A DNA stretch of 64,000 nucleotides. It comes from Methanomassiliicoccales archaeon. GTDB taxonomy: Archaea > Thermoplasmatota > Thermoplasmata > Methanomassiliicoccales > UBA472. How positions within the stretch are numbered: the stretch's first letter is position 1; each line of letters starts with the position of its first letter. Below the pieces are notes generated by a model. It was not told the origin of the DNA and searched no databases. It worked only from the letters and a program-made list of their open reading frames with translations. Of this stretch, positions 10,872 through 20,487 are shown one piece after another. The position numbers and the translations under genes are program-made. Location: positions 223,940-287,939 of the forward strand of contig JAPKYK010000001.1 in assembly GCA_026394395.1 (NCBI GenBank), in the 5' to 3' direction.

Positions 10872-12028
10872 CGCTTCCCCGCCAGGCCAAGGACGCTCTC
10901 TAGCTCCGACATCTTCCTTTGCCAGTCCTCTTTCAGCTCATCAGATTCCTTCCTTCCACGGCGATACTGGTCCAACAGAAGTATGATCCATAGGACGATG
11001 AGGGCTCCGCCAAGCAGTTGTATCAGGTCGAAACCGTACCCTCTAATCAGAAAGAGCACTCCCTGGTCCAGTATCAGTACGATCAACATTGTCATTGCGG
11101 GTCTGCGATTCCACATCCCCTTCCGATGGGCGTTCAGCCATCTTGGGACCTCCGAACAGGCTCGGAGCAGCATCTCCACCGCCGACCCTCCTTCTGGTAC
11201 CGACCCCCTCATCACGGTCATCAATTCGTTGGTCCATCGTTCGTCCTTCTCCACGGTCCTTCTCGCCCGCCTCCTGAGCACCAACATGCCGGTGATGGCG
11301 ATGGCGATCAGTGAGACGGTCCCGCCCCCCAATCTCCAAGCAAACTCGTTGGCATCGATTGGATATTGCACGCTCATCATCAGGAGCACGACGAATCCCA
11401 CCAAGGCTATGGTGACCAGTATGAGGCAGTGATCGTGAAATTTCGACCTGCTATCGTCAGTTGCCTGCCTGGCCAGCATGTACGCCGAAGTTATGCTGTC
11501 CATCACCAGCTCGTCCACGCTCTTCTCTGGTGAACGTGGGAGGTCCTTCAATATAGAGACCACCGTTCCCAGGCCCTTCTGGCATTGGACGTAGATGTAC
11601 AGCATGAAGGGGAACGCCAATATGACGCTGTATGAGAACACGCTCAGCAGGAACACGGCCCAGAACCCGGTGGAGGTGGGCAAGGAACGGTACGAGAACC
11701 GACCATGGCGCATCCTTATCCGGGCGACGGAGTACTTCGCCACCCGCAGGTCGAAATCGCTCCCCCCGACGGTCACCTTATATCCCGCTTGACCTAGCTT
11801 GACCGGGTCCAATTCCCCTTCGACGTCCAGTGGTCTCCAGGGGACGGCGGTCATGATTATGCACGTGAGGACGATCGCCCATGCGGAACCGACCATCGTA
11901 TACAACCACACAATAGATCGGGATGGGACGTCCAGGACCATGGGCAGAAGGAGGAATACCAGACCGCCAGCGGCCAATGAGACCAGGGCTATGAACCACC
12001 ATTTAGAGAATAGATCCCGAGCCTCCAT
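10868..12028 (-). CDS. Polytopic membrane protein, function unknown
   Basis: Multiple hydrophobic helices. Coupled to the downstream wHTH gene. No recognisable family. Confidence 0.55.
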   Translation of the reverse strand: MEARDLFSKWWFIALVSLAAGGLVFLLLPMVLDVPSRSIVWLYTMVGSAWAIVLTCIIMTAVPWRPLDVEGELDPVKLGQAGYKVTVGGSDFDLRVAKYSVARIRMRHGRFSYRSLPTSTGFWAVFLLSVFSYSVILAFPFMLYIYVQCQKGLGTVVSILKDLPRSPEKSVDELVMDSITSAYMLARQATDDSRSKFHDHCLILVTIALVGFVVLLMMSVQYPIDANEFAWRLGGGTVSLIAIAITGMLVLRRRARRTVEKDERWTNELMTVMRGSVPEGGSAVEMLLRACSEVPRWLNAHRKGMWNRRPAMTMLIVLILDQGVLFLIRGYGFDLIQLLGGALIVLWIILLLDQYRRGRKESDELKEDWQRKMSELESVLGLAGKR

Positions 12029-12097
12029 GATGAGATAGAATGTGGCGGGAAGCGGTAAAAGGTTACTCCTCGCCGATACGTTCCTGGAAAGCTCGGC

Positions 12098-13189
12098 TCA
12101 CTCGTGGAAAACGACGTTGCAGTGGTCGATGACCACGCTGCCGTTGTGGACCTTCTCTTTTCCCTTCTTCTCGCAGCTGGCCTTGAGCTGCATGACCTCC
12201 CCGAAGGGGAAGTTCACCACGCCCTTGGCGAATGTGCCGATGCGCACCACGTCGCCCTCCTTGAATCGCCCCTCGACGGCGGTAATGCCGCAGGGCAGCA
12301 GGCTCCCACCATCCTTCAGTGCCTTCTCCGCGCCCTCGTCCACGGTTATCTTGCCGCGTGGGCTGGCGTAGAGTATCCAGCGCTCCCGGTTGGTGTACAA
12401 AGCGTTGGCGGAGAACAGCGTTCCTAGCTTTTCGCCGCGGACCAGGCGCAGGATGACATCCCTTTCCCGACCGTTGGCGATTATGGTGTTGCAGCCGGCG
12501 CCCATGGCGATGCGCGCCGCGTTGATCTTACTCTTCATCCCGCCCTTGGACCGGTCGCTGGTCCCGCTTCCGCCCATCATCTCGATGTCCTTGGTGATCT
12601 CGTCGACCGTGTCGATGAAGTGGGCGTCCTTGTCCGTGTCGGGATTGCGGTCGTACAGGCCGTCCACGTCCGTGAGGAGGATGAGCAGGTCGGCGTCCAC
12701 CTTGCTGGCGACCAGCGCCGACAGCTTGTCGTTGTCCCCGAAGGTGCCGCCTATCTCGTCCGTGGATATCACGTCGTTCTCGTTGATGATGGGGACGACA
12801 CCCAGATTGAACAGCGCGTCCACGGTCTTGCGCAGGTTGAGGTAGACCTTCCGGTCGGAGAAGACGTTGTAGGTGAGCAGCAATTGCCCCACGGACCTCC
12901 CGTGGCGGGCGAACACCTCTCGGTAGGTGAGCATGAGGACCGCCTGGCCCACGGCGGCGCAGGCCTGCTTGTGGGCCATGTCCTTCTGCACGTCGTCCAG
13001 ACCGAGCTCGCTGCTGCCTGAACCTATCGCTCCGGACGTGACGATTATCGACTGTACCCCCGTCTTCTCCAGCTCCAGGACCTGGCGGGCGATGCCGTCC
13101 AGATACGCCGCATCGACCTTGCCGTCCTCCCCGCAGATGGTGTTTGTGCCGATCTTGATGACCGCGCGGGTGACCTTGATGTCCCTCAT
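12098..13189 (-). CDS. proB: Glutamate 5-kinase with C-terminal PUA domain
   Basis: Amino-acid-kinase fold (IKIGTNTI, VTSGAIG, GDNDKLSALVA) plus a PUA-like C-terminus. ATGA overlap with proA. Confidence 0.9.
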   Translation of the reverse strand: MRDIKVTRAVIKIGTNTICGEDGKVDAAYLDGIARQVLELEKTGVQSIIVTSGAIGSGSSELGLDDVQKDMAHKQACAAVGQAVLMLTYREVFARHGRSVGQLLLTYNVFSDRKVYLNLRKTVDALFNLGVVPIINENDVISTDEIGGTFGDNDKLSALVASKVDADLLILLTDVDGLYDRNPDTDKDAHFIDTVDEITKDIEMMGGSGTSDRSKGGMKSKINAARIAMGAGCNTIIANGRERDVILRLVRGEKLGTLFSANALYTNRERWILYASPRGKITVDEGAEKALKDGGSLLPCGITAVEGRFKEGDVVRIGTFAKGVVNFPFGEVMQLKASCEKKGKEKVHNGSVVIDHCNVVFHE

Positions 13190-14475
13190 AGCATCTTCCT
13201 ATGGGTGTACTTCCTGGCGTTCTCCCCGGAATAGTCGGCCACGGCCTGTCCCGAGCCGAGGAGGCGATACTTGTAGATGGTCAGCCCCTCCAGTCCGACC
13301 GGCCCGCGGGCGTGGGTCTTGTTGGTGCTGATGCCCACCTCCGCCCCCAGGCCGTAGCGGTAGCCATCGGCAAAGCGCGTAGAGCAGTTCCACATTACGG
13401 ATGAGGAATCAACCTCGTCCATGAAGCGCCTGGCACCCCTCTCGTCGCTGGTGATTATGGCATCGGTGTGATGCGACCCGTACTTGTTGATGTGGGCGAC
13501 AGCCTCCTCCAAGGACGAGACGACCTTTATGGAAAGTATCAGGTCATTGTACTCCGCCGACCAGTCGTCCTCCGTAGCTTCCTTCATTTCCACGATGCAT
13601 CTCGCGGACGCATCGCCCCTCAGCTCCACGCCCGCCCGATGATAGGCCTCGGCCATGGCCGGTAGGAAGGACAGGGCGACGTTCTCGTGCACCAGCAACG
13701 TCTCCATGGCGTTACACACCGCCGGGTACTGGACCTTGGCGTCGTAACACACCCGCAGGGCCATTTCCAGGTCCGCTCTCTGGTCCACATAGGTGTGGCA
13801 CACGCCCTCGGAGTGCCCCAGCACCGGGATCTTGGTGTGGGATTGGATGAACTTGACCAGCTGGTTGGAGCCGCGGGGGATGATCAGGTCGACCTGCTCG
13901 TCCAGGGCCAGGAGCTTGTTGATCTCCTCGCGAGTGGAGAGAAGCTGCACCGCTCCCTTGAAGCGCTCGTCCACGTCCGATGCGGCATCGACGATGACCT
14001 TGGCCAAGGCCTCGTTGGTCCGATGGGCCTCGGAGCCGCCCTTCAGTATGACCGCGTTACCGGACTTCAGGCACAGCGATGATATCTGGACCAGCGCCTC
14101 CGGGCGCGATTCGAATATCACGCCGATGACCCCTATAGGGCAAGTTACCTTTTCCAGGACCAGTCCATCGTCCAGCTCGGTGCGCGAGACCACCTTGCCG
14201 ATGGGGTCCTCCTGTCTGATCAGGGAGCGCAGGGACTCCACGGACTCCTCCATCTTTCCCTGGTCGTAGCGCAGGCGCTTGACCATGGGCTTGGGCAGCC
14301 CGGCCTTCTCCGCCTCCTTCAGGTCGGCCTCGTTGGCCTTGAAGATCGAACCGGCGTGCTCCTGCAGCGCCGAGGCTATCTCCTCCAGCACTTCGTTCTT
14401 GACCGCCTGGGTCAGGCTCTGCAGGCGATAGGACGCCTCCTTGGCGTCCTTGGCTGCCCTCTCAACCGCGTCCAT
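13186..14475 (-). CDS. proA: Gamma-glutamyl phosphate reductase
   Basis: Aldehyde-dehydrogenase-type sequence with CNAMETLLVH (catalytic Cys). 429 aa. Coupled to proB. Confidence 0.9.
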   Translation of the reverse strand: MDAVERAAKDAKEASYRLQSLTQAVKNEVLEEIASALQEHAGSIFKANEADLKEAEKAGLPKPMVKRLRYDQGKMEESVESLRSLIRQEDPIGKVVSRTELDDGLVLEKVTCPIGVIGVIFESRPEALVQISSLCLKSGNAVILKGGSEAHRTNEALAKVIVDAASDVDERFKGAVQLLSTREEINKLLALDEQVDLIIPRGSNQLVKFIQSHTKIPVLGHSEGVCHTYVDQRADLEMALRVCYDAKVQYPAVCNAMETLLVHENVALSFLPAMAEAYHRAGVELRGDASARCIVEMKEATEDDWSAEYNDLILSIKVVSSLEEAVAHINKYGSHHTDAIITSDERGARRFMDEVDSSSVMWNCSTRFADGYRYGLGAEVGISTNKTHARGPVGLEGLTIYKYRLLGSGQAVADYSGENARKYTHRKML

Positions 14476-14596
14476 GTCGGGCTATGGCATGGCGAAAGAA
14501 ATCATAATCCTTTCGTCTTGGAGGGCGCATATCGAATGAAAGAACAGGGGGGAAAGAGGTAAGGAAAGGGCGCTTCGGGGGCATCCCCGGGTGCGC

Positions 14597-14815
14597 TCAA
14601 AGGGAAGTTTTGACCAGATAATAGTCGACGGCGTTGTTCTTCTTCTTATCTTTGAGGGCGCCAACCTTCTTCAGTTCCTGAATGGCATTCATGCACTGGG
14701 CCTTGGGCAGCTTGGACAGGGCGGTGGCCTTCTCGGCGCTAATGGCCTTGTCCTCGGAAGTAACTCCGGCCTTTATCAACGCACTGAACAGTTTCTCAAC
14801 TTGAGGGGATACCAT
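14597..14815 (-). CDS. Small Lys-rich protein, possibly DNA-binding (hypothetical)
   Basis: 72-aa ORF with protein-like composition, preceded by a 230-bp AT-rich promoter region. No firm family assignment. Confidence 0.4.
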   Translation of the reverse strand: MVSPQVEKLFSALIKAGVTSEDKAISAEKATALSKLPKAQCMNAIQELKKVGALKDKKKNNAVDYYLVKTSL

Positions 14816-15046
14816 GAGTCCGGGAGATTTTTTACCCTTTATTAAGGATTGCGGTCGCCGGATACTATTATTGTAAATAAAATTAATAATATGGGTGATA
14901 CTTCAATAGCTTATTATCTAACGAAATGCGAATGAAATGCGCAATTGTCCGTCGGAATCGAATAATCGAGCTCATTCGTCAAATAAATCAGTTAAATCGA
15001 ATAAAGCTCACGCTATGAACGGTCAGGGAACGTCCGAGGGAGATGA

Positions 15047-15589
15047 CTAGATTGTGCCCGCCCCCGCGGCCAAGCGCACCTTGTTCACGTCTAGCAGTTC
15101 GTGGCGATTGAGCAGGGATAGGCCCGTGTTCCTTCCCAGTATCTCCACGGCCACGATCTTGTCCGGGTCCTCCAGGTTCACTCGCCCGCGGTTGAGCGGC
15201 CCGGTCAGCTGGGCGATGAGGTCGTCGTGGTGCTCCTCGAAGTGCCGTTTGTGCAGGTGCATCATCCAGGTCTCATCCTCTCCGATGCCCCGCCCCAGCT
15301 CGGTGGCGGCGTCGATTATCTCGCGCTTGTTCGACGGCACCCAGCGCTCTATAGGCACCCAGTGGTACGTATAGATGAACTGCGATGGGTTCTCATCACA
15401 AACGCGCTTGAGCTGAGCGACCAGCACCTTGGCGTCACCGCCGACCTGCAGCAGGAAGACGCCCTCCACCTCGCAGAGGTCTATCTTCTCCACGTAGACG
15501 CCCAGGTCCTTCATCCGTTCCATGATCTCTTGTTCGGCGTGACCCCTCTGATTGCCGTGAAAGGTCACCAGGAGGTTGTAGGCAAGCAT
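15047..15589 (-). CDS. THUMP-domain RNA-binding protein
   Basis: Trimmed to ATG 15589 (MLAYNLLVTF). The C-terminal segment VNLEDPDKIVAVEILGRNTGLSLL is THUMP-like. The stop codon is TAG. Confidence 0.6.
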   Translation of the reverse strand: MLAYNLLVTFHGNQRGHAEQEIMERMKDLGVYVEKIDLCEVEGVFLLQVGGDAKVLVAQLKRVCDENPSQFIYTYHWVPIERWVPSNKREIIDAATELGRGIGEDETWMMHLHKRHFEEHHDDLIAQLTGPLNRGRVNLEDPDKIVAVEILGRNTGLSLLNRHELLDVNKVRLAAGAGTI

Positions 15590-15637
15590 GCAAACACCCT
15601 GATTACATTTGCGCATGCGCGCTCAAATAACTTGCCC

Positions 15638-16348
15638 TCAGCCGCCCAAAGCGACTATGATTAGCAGCATCAGCATGCCCACCCCCGCCATGACCAGGCC
15701 GGACCGTAGGCCGCCGCTGCCCACCTTTCTTTCCAGGAACCGGCCCAGGAGGAACAGCAGGATGGCGCCGGTGACGTTGGCCATGAAGGTCACCAGGTTG
15801 AGGTCGATGGTAGGTGCCAATTGGTAGATCAGAACGAAGGGAGTGGCGGCCGCCAGGTTCAGCAGCACGCACCAGACCGCGGCCAGCCACTGGGAACGTT
15901 CCAGGGTGGGCCTCACGATCTCCTTCTTCTTGATGGCCTGGATGGCCACGTCGGCCATGCGCTGCCAGGTATCCTCGTCTAGCATGTCCTCCTGCAGCTC
16001 CGTCAGTGCTTCCGTCAGCACCTCCACGGCCAATTCCCGGGAGGCCTCGTGGTCCTTGCCGTCCTTGATCTCCTTGACCTTCCTGTAAAAATAGACCTTC
16101 TCGTAGTGGGAGGTGAGCATGTTGACGGCGCCGTCGGCGAAGCCCCAGGCGGTGTTGCATCCCAGAATGGCCACGGTGACCACGAAGGCGATCTCCTCCG
16201 CCGGCTGCCCCAATAGCGCCAGGCGCAGGGTGTTGCTCAGGGCCATGGCCATCAACAGCCCGTAGAAGAACTCCACGGTGACCTGGGATTGGCTGATATG
16301 GTCGAATATCAGCCTGTCCGCAAGGTTCCGTTTCTCCGTCCCGTTCAT
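15638..16348 (-). CDS. VIT1/CCC1-like membrane protein (putative Fe/Mn transporter)
   Basis: Topology is two TM helices, an acidic helical cytosolic insert, then three TM helices, with a Gly-rich C-terminus as in the VIT family. Assignment is tentative. Confidence 0.45.
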   Translation of the reverse strand: MNGTEKRNLADRLIFDHISQSQVTVEFFYGLLMAMALSNTLRLALLGQPAEEIAFVVTVAILGCNTAWGFADGAVNMLTSHYEKVYFYRKVKEIKDGKDHEASRELAVEVLTEALTELQEDMLDEDTWQRMADVAIQAIKKKEIVRPTLERSQWLAAVWCVLLNLAAATPFVLIYQLAPTIDLNLVTFMANVTGAILLFLLGRFLERKVGSGGLRSGLVMAGVGMLMLLIIVALGG

Positions 16349-16399
16349 CGGCCCTCTCCGGAGCCGTTATGCCCCTAATAGGTCAATGTTCTTTTCGCC

Positions 16400-18991
16400 T
16401 CAGGTGTCGTCGTCCACGACCTCCTCCGCAGCCGTTCTGGCCGAGGCCGGTTCGATCTTGCGATAGACCTTGCACGGCTCCAGATTCCGTCCTCCGACCT
16501 TCAGCAGGAAGCCCTCCACGGGCACGCCGAACAACCGCTCGTTCTCCCTCAGGTAGGGCAGGATGGTCTCCCAGTCCTGGTCGGTCATCTTCCCGAAGCG
16601 GCCGCCGTTCAGCTGGTCCGCGGTGACTTTCCTCTGGGGGTCCCGCACGTAGATGGCGCCTCCCGAGGCCAGGGAGAATAGGTTGCCTCCCGGATAGGGC
16701 GTGGGCAGCTCCACCGGTGTCCCGTTGGGATCGAAGGCCACGCCGTTCAGGATGACGAAGCCACCTCCGTTCAGAGGGTCCCCGGCCATGAACGATTCCG
16801 CCAGGTAGTCCAGGCAGGTGCCGTTGATGACCACGCGAGGTTTTCCGACGGCGTTGATGAGCGGGCGCCCGGCAGCGTTGCCCATGACGTAGGCCTCGCC
16901 CCCTTTCGCTCCATACATGAACGTCTGGCCGACGTCCCCGTGCACGATGAGCTTTCCGGAGGCCAATATCTGCCCCAGCTGGTCCTGGGCGTTGCCGTGC
17001 ACCTCCACCTCGGCCCCGGACAGACCGGAGGCCAGGTAGTCGCCTGGCGTTCCGAAAGCCTCCACCTTCAGGCCCTGGGAGCCCTGCCCCAGGCCGCAGC
17101 CGAAGAAGCGCTGCCCGTGGGCGTCGAAGGCGATGACGTGCCGCCAACCTTTGGCGTGCGCGTCGCGGATGACGAAGGACGGTCCCTCCTCCCCCTCCAT
17201 GGGGAAGCCGCGACAGTCCACGGCCAGGGTGGAACCGTTCCCTGCGGCGGGCACCAGGCCCCGGTTCTCGCGGTCCACCAGAGTGAACCCGTGACCGACC
17301 TGCGGCGCCCGGGGAACGGACCTGAGGGACAGGTTCACCGCTTCCAGCGCCTTCTCGGTGATGCGGCTGCGCCTCAGCTTGCCGCTGGGGTAGCGCCGAT
17401 CGATCATCAGGCTGAGGAACGACAGCACGCTGCGCAGGTCCGCCTCGCTGCGCGAGGCTCTTTGCACCGCCGCTTGCAGCAGGGAACGGAACGCCGCAGC
17501 GTCCATGCCCGGCAGGGCGGACCGGAACCTCTGGAACATCTCTCCGCCGTCGCCGGTGTCCACCACGGCGTCGGTACCGCCCGACACCAGCAGCGAGGAC
17601 AGCGACCGGTCCCCCTGCCGGTCGTACGACAGCTCTAACTTCACAGGCGCGCGGAACTTGTTGACCACGCTGAGCGTCCGTCCGTCCCCCTCCTTCTCGA
17701 GGGTGAAGACGAACGCCCCGCCGTCGGTATGACTACCGCCGCGGGCGTTCCAGTATGCGTCCGCCTGCCGGGGCACCGACGGATGGTCCGCGGCTATGGA
17801 GCGCAGCGCCGAGTCGATGGCCTGCTTCTCCGAGCCGATGAGGCCAATCTGCACCTCTCCCTCCACGAGTGCGAACACTTGCGGTCGCAGCATGGCCGTG
17901 TCGGTGATACCGATCAGCTGGAACCTGTCCTCGTAGAACTGGTTGCGGGCGATGATGAAGAACCACGGGCCGTCCGGCGAGGCGTGGATGTGGGTGCGCT
18001 GTATCGCCTGGTACAGCGGCCTCTTTTCCTCTGGCAGACTGTGGAAGTCCCTTTCGGTGGTGGGCGCCAATGCCTCTATGATGTACTCCAGCGGGTAACC
18101 GTACGTCCGGTTCAGCAGGTCGAACAGCAGCACCGAGACCTCGGTGTCGGTGAGGAACAGCGGGACCACGTTCTTCTGCGCCAGGTACTCGCTCACCGAG
18201 TGGTAGTTGGCGAAGTCGCCGTTGTGCACCAGTCCCTCGTCCAAGCCCATAAATGGGTGCGCTCCGCCGGGATGCCACACCCGTCCCTTGGTCGGGTACC
18301 TCTGATGCCCGATCCAGACGTGGGCGGTGACCTCCTCCAGGCGGTAGAAGGTTATGACGTCCTCGGCGTAGCCGACCACCTTCATGATGATCATGTTGCG
18401 TCCGTGGGACATCACGAAGGCCTTCATGCCCTTCTGCACGTAGTACAGATGGTTGATGGCGAAGCTGGTCTGGTACACGAACTCGTCCTCGGCCTGGCGG
18501 GGGTCCAGGCCCTGCAGCTTGCGCTCCTCGACGAAGCTCCTCAGCTTCTCTGGTCTGGCCCTACAGAAATAACGCCAGACCTGCGGCGGCCGCACCGGCA
18601 GGGCGGAGAGCACGAGCGGATTGGCGCTCTCCTCCACCTGGTAGCGGGTGTGCACTGCGTAACGTTCGTCTATGAACTCCTTTTCCAGCTCCTGCCGGAA
18701 CGAGGGGTCGACGTAAGCGACCTGAACCAAGTAGTGGTCCTCCAGGATGTCCTGGGGGACCTTCATCTGCTGGTGGTCGAGACCGACGGCGGCGATCCCG
18801 CCGCCCTTCCCGTTGCCGCGGTTGTGCATCTGCAGCAGCGGTTCCAGTATGTGCTTTCCCGGCAGTCCGACCGATGCGGCCAGGCCGACCACTCCGCACC
18901 CGCCCTCCGCCTCCATCTGCAGGCGGCTCAGCTTCGGCCGGCACTCCTGCATCCATTTCCTCGATCTGATGATCATCTCCGGGTCGTTCAT
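16400..18991 (-). CDS. Class-II glutamine amidotransferase (GltS domain 1-like) fused to a GXGXG (GltS C-terminal/GlxC-like) domain
   Basis: Trimmed to ATG 18991 (MNDPEMII), which overlaps the upstream stop (ATGA). CGVVGLA nucleophile at residue 32, plus HQRYPTKG and VHNGDFANY. The C-terminus has GTPGDYLASGLSGAEVEVHGNAQDQLG...GKLIVHGDVGQTFMYGAKGGEAYVMGNAAGRP repeats. Confidence 0.8.
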   Translation of the reverse strand: MNDPEMIIRSRKWMQECRPKLSRLQMEAEGGCGVVGLAASVGLPGKHILEPLLQMHNRGNGKGGGIAAVGLDHQQMKVPQDILEDHYLVQVAYVDPSFRQELEKEFIDERYAVHTRYQVEESANPLVLSALPVRPPQVWRYFCRARPEKLRSFVEERKLQGLDPRQAEDEFVYQTSFAINHLYYVQKGMKAFVMSHGRNMIIMKVVGYAEDVITFYRLEEVTAHVWIGHQRYPTKGRVWHPGGAHPFMGLDEGLVHNGDFANYHSVSEYLAQKNVVPLFLTDTEVSVLLFDLLNRTYGYPLEYIIEALAPTTERDFHSLPEEKRPLYQAIQRTHIHASPDGPWFFIIARNQFYEDRFQLIGITDTAMLRPQVFALVEGEVQIGLIGSEKQAIDSALRSIAADHPSVPRQADAYWNARGGSHTDGGAFVFTLEKEGDGRTLSVVNKFRAPVKLELSYDRQGDRSLSSLLVSGGTDAVVDTGDGGEMFQRFRSALPGMDAAAFRSLLQAAVQRASRSEADLRSVLSFLSLMIDRRYPSGKLRRSRITEKALEAVNLSLRSVPRAPQVGHGFTLVDRENRGLVPAAGNGSTLAVDCRGFPMEGEEGPSFVIRDAHAKGWRHVIAFDAHGQRFFGCGLGQGSQGLKVEAFGTPGDYLASGLSGAEVEVHGNAQDQLGQILASGKLIVHGDVGQTFMYGAKGGEAYVMGNAAGRPLINAVGKPRVVINGTCLDYLAESFMAGDPLNGGGFVILNGVAFDPNGTPVELPTPYPGGNLFSLASGGAIYVRDPQRKVTADQLNGGRFGKMTDQDWETILPYLRENERLFGVPVEGFLLKVGGRNLEPCKVYRKIEPASARTAAEEVVDDDT

Positions 18992-20487
18992 GCCTGCACC
19001 TCCTTTCCCTCGTCGTAGCGCAGCAGATCCGTGCGTCCACGCAGCTCGTTGATGTCCTTCATGCCGAAAGAGGCCAGAAGGTGGCACCACTGCTTGCGCC
19101 AGGCAGAATAGAGGTTGATCAGCCGTTGCGAGCCCCAGTCGGTGTCCATCTGCAGGAACAGCACCGGATCGGTGGTGGCTATGCCACGCGGGCACCCGCG
19201 TCCCGACTCGCAGTTGCCGCAGCGCACGCATCCCAGCGCTACCAGCTCCGCGGTCCCGATGACCACGCCGTCCGCGCCTAGGGCGATGGCCTTGGCCACA
19301 TCCAAAGCCGTACGCATGCCCCCGCTGGCGATGAGGGTAACGCTGTCGCGTACCCCCTCGTTGGTCAGGAACCGGTGCACCTTGGGGATGGCATACTCTA
19401 TCGGCATGGCGATGTTCTTCTTGGCGATCTCCGGGGCCGCCCCGGTGCCTCCGTACCCGCCGTCCAGGTGCACGATGTGCGCCCCGGCGTAGTACGAGCC
19501 GATGGCCACCATCTCCACGTCGTTGGGCGTAGAGACCTTGACCGACAGCAGCGCCCTTGGATTGATCGAGGCGATCCAGTCCAGGTGCTTCTTGTGGTCC
19601 TCCACGGAGTACACGCTGTGGAAGGGGAAGGGCGAGAAGAGCGAGGTGCCTGGCACCGCCTCCCTCATCTTGGCCACCAGCGGTGTGTTCTTATCGCCCA
19701 GCAGATGGCCGCCCAGCCCGGGCTTGGCCCCCTGGGCGTACTTGAACTCCACTATCGGGGCGCGCATTATCGTCTCTTCCTTCACCCCAAAGAGGCCGGT
19801 GGCGATCTGAGTGATGACGTTGTCCTGGTACGGGATGAGCTCGACGGGATATCCGCCCTCGCCCGTGCAGGTGTACGTGCCCCAGGCCTTGGCCGCCCGA
19901 GCGCGGGCGACCATGGTGTGCAGCGATATGGAACCGTAGGACATGCCGCCGCCGTAGATAGGCAGAGATATGCGCCGCTTCTTCCCGCCCCGGCGGTTAA
20001 GGTCGATGGCCGTGGAGAACTCTCTGTAATCGACCTTATCCGGAACGTTACCAAGCTTGAAGTGCAGGTGGTCGAAGCCGCCCCCGGCGTTCCCGGTGTT
20101 GCCGGGGTGGTCCAGCGGTAACGGTTCGCCGGTCTCGGCCATCTGCCAGGTCGCCAGTATCATCTCCGTGGTCCACCTGACGTCGCCGAGGGCGCTGAAG
20201 GTCTCGCTGGCCCTGACGCTCAACGAATGTGTGGGGCAGTGGGAGGCGCAGTAGAAGTCATTGCTTTGGCAGGAAGGCCCGATGCACCTCTGGTTGTACG
20301 GGGGCAATATCTTCGCGTGCCCCTCCATCCTCTTGTGCACTCCGTAGGGGCATAACGTCTCGCACAGCCCGCAGGAGATGCAGGCGTCCTTCCGCTCCAC
20401 GATGTAGCGGTTGACGAACTTCAGCCTCTCGGACGGTATCCAGGAGGCCTCCGGCACGCACGTGTACTCCTCAGTCAACTTTGGCAC
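18988..20487 (-). CDS. gltB: Glutamate synthase FMN/Fe-S domain protein with N-terminal 2x[4Fe-4S]-type ferredoxin motif
   Basis: CISCGLCETLCP; GEGG; YAQGAKPGLGGHLLG; ASGGMRTALDVAKAIALGADGVVIG; CVRCGNCESGRGCPRGIATTD. No in-frame ATG lies upstream of the ferredoxin motif, so the start is GTG 20487 or TTG 20478, next to the upstream stop. Confidence 0.85.
   Translation of the reverse strand: MPKLTEEYTCVPEASWIPSERLKFVNRYIVERKDACISCGLCETLCPYGVHKRMEGHAKILPPYNQRCIGPSCQSNDFYCASHCPTHSLSVRASETFSALGDVRWTTEMILATWQMAETGEPLPLDHPGNTGNAGGGFDHLHFKLGNVPDKVDYREFSTAIDLNRRGGKKRRISLPIYGGGMSYGSISLHTMVARARAAKAWGTYTCTGEGGYPVELIPYQDNVITQIATGLFGVKEETIMRAPIVEFKYAQGAKPGLGGHLLGDKNTPLVAKMREAVPGTSLFSPFPFHSVYSVEDHKKHLDWIASINPRALLSVKVSTPNDVEMVAIGSYYAGAHIVHLDGGYGGTGAAPEIAKKNIAMPIEYAIPKVHRFLTNEGVRDSVTLIASGGMRTALDVAKAIALGADGVVIGTAELVALGCVRCGNCESGRGCPRGIATTDPVLFLQMDTDWGSQRLINLYSAWRKQWCHLLASFGMKDINELRGRTDLLRYDEGKEVQA

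Noticed and set aside
14816-15046. The AT-rich repeat-bearing spacer considered as a replication origin.
   Set aside because: There is no adjacent cdc6/orc1 gene and no ORB-like long inverted repeats. The repeats are short, so it is more simply a complex promoter.
16400-19231. N-terminal extensions in the track ORFs. Affected ORFs are 16400-19231 (943 aa), 48114-49703 (529 aa), 58622-59413, 24003-25367, 6445-7428, 59196-59891 and 49610-50224.
   Set aside because: The extensions run through upstream genes or promoters, are not protein-like, and precede internal ATGs that give canonical family N-termini, often with ATGA coupling. I trimmed the coordinates accordingly.
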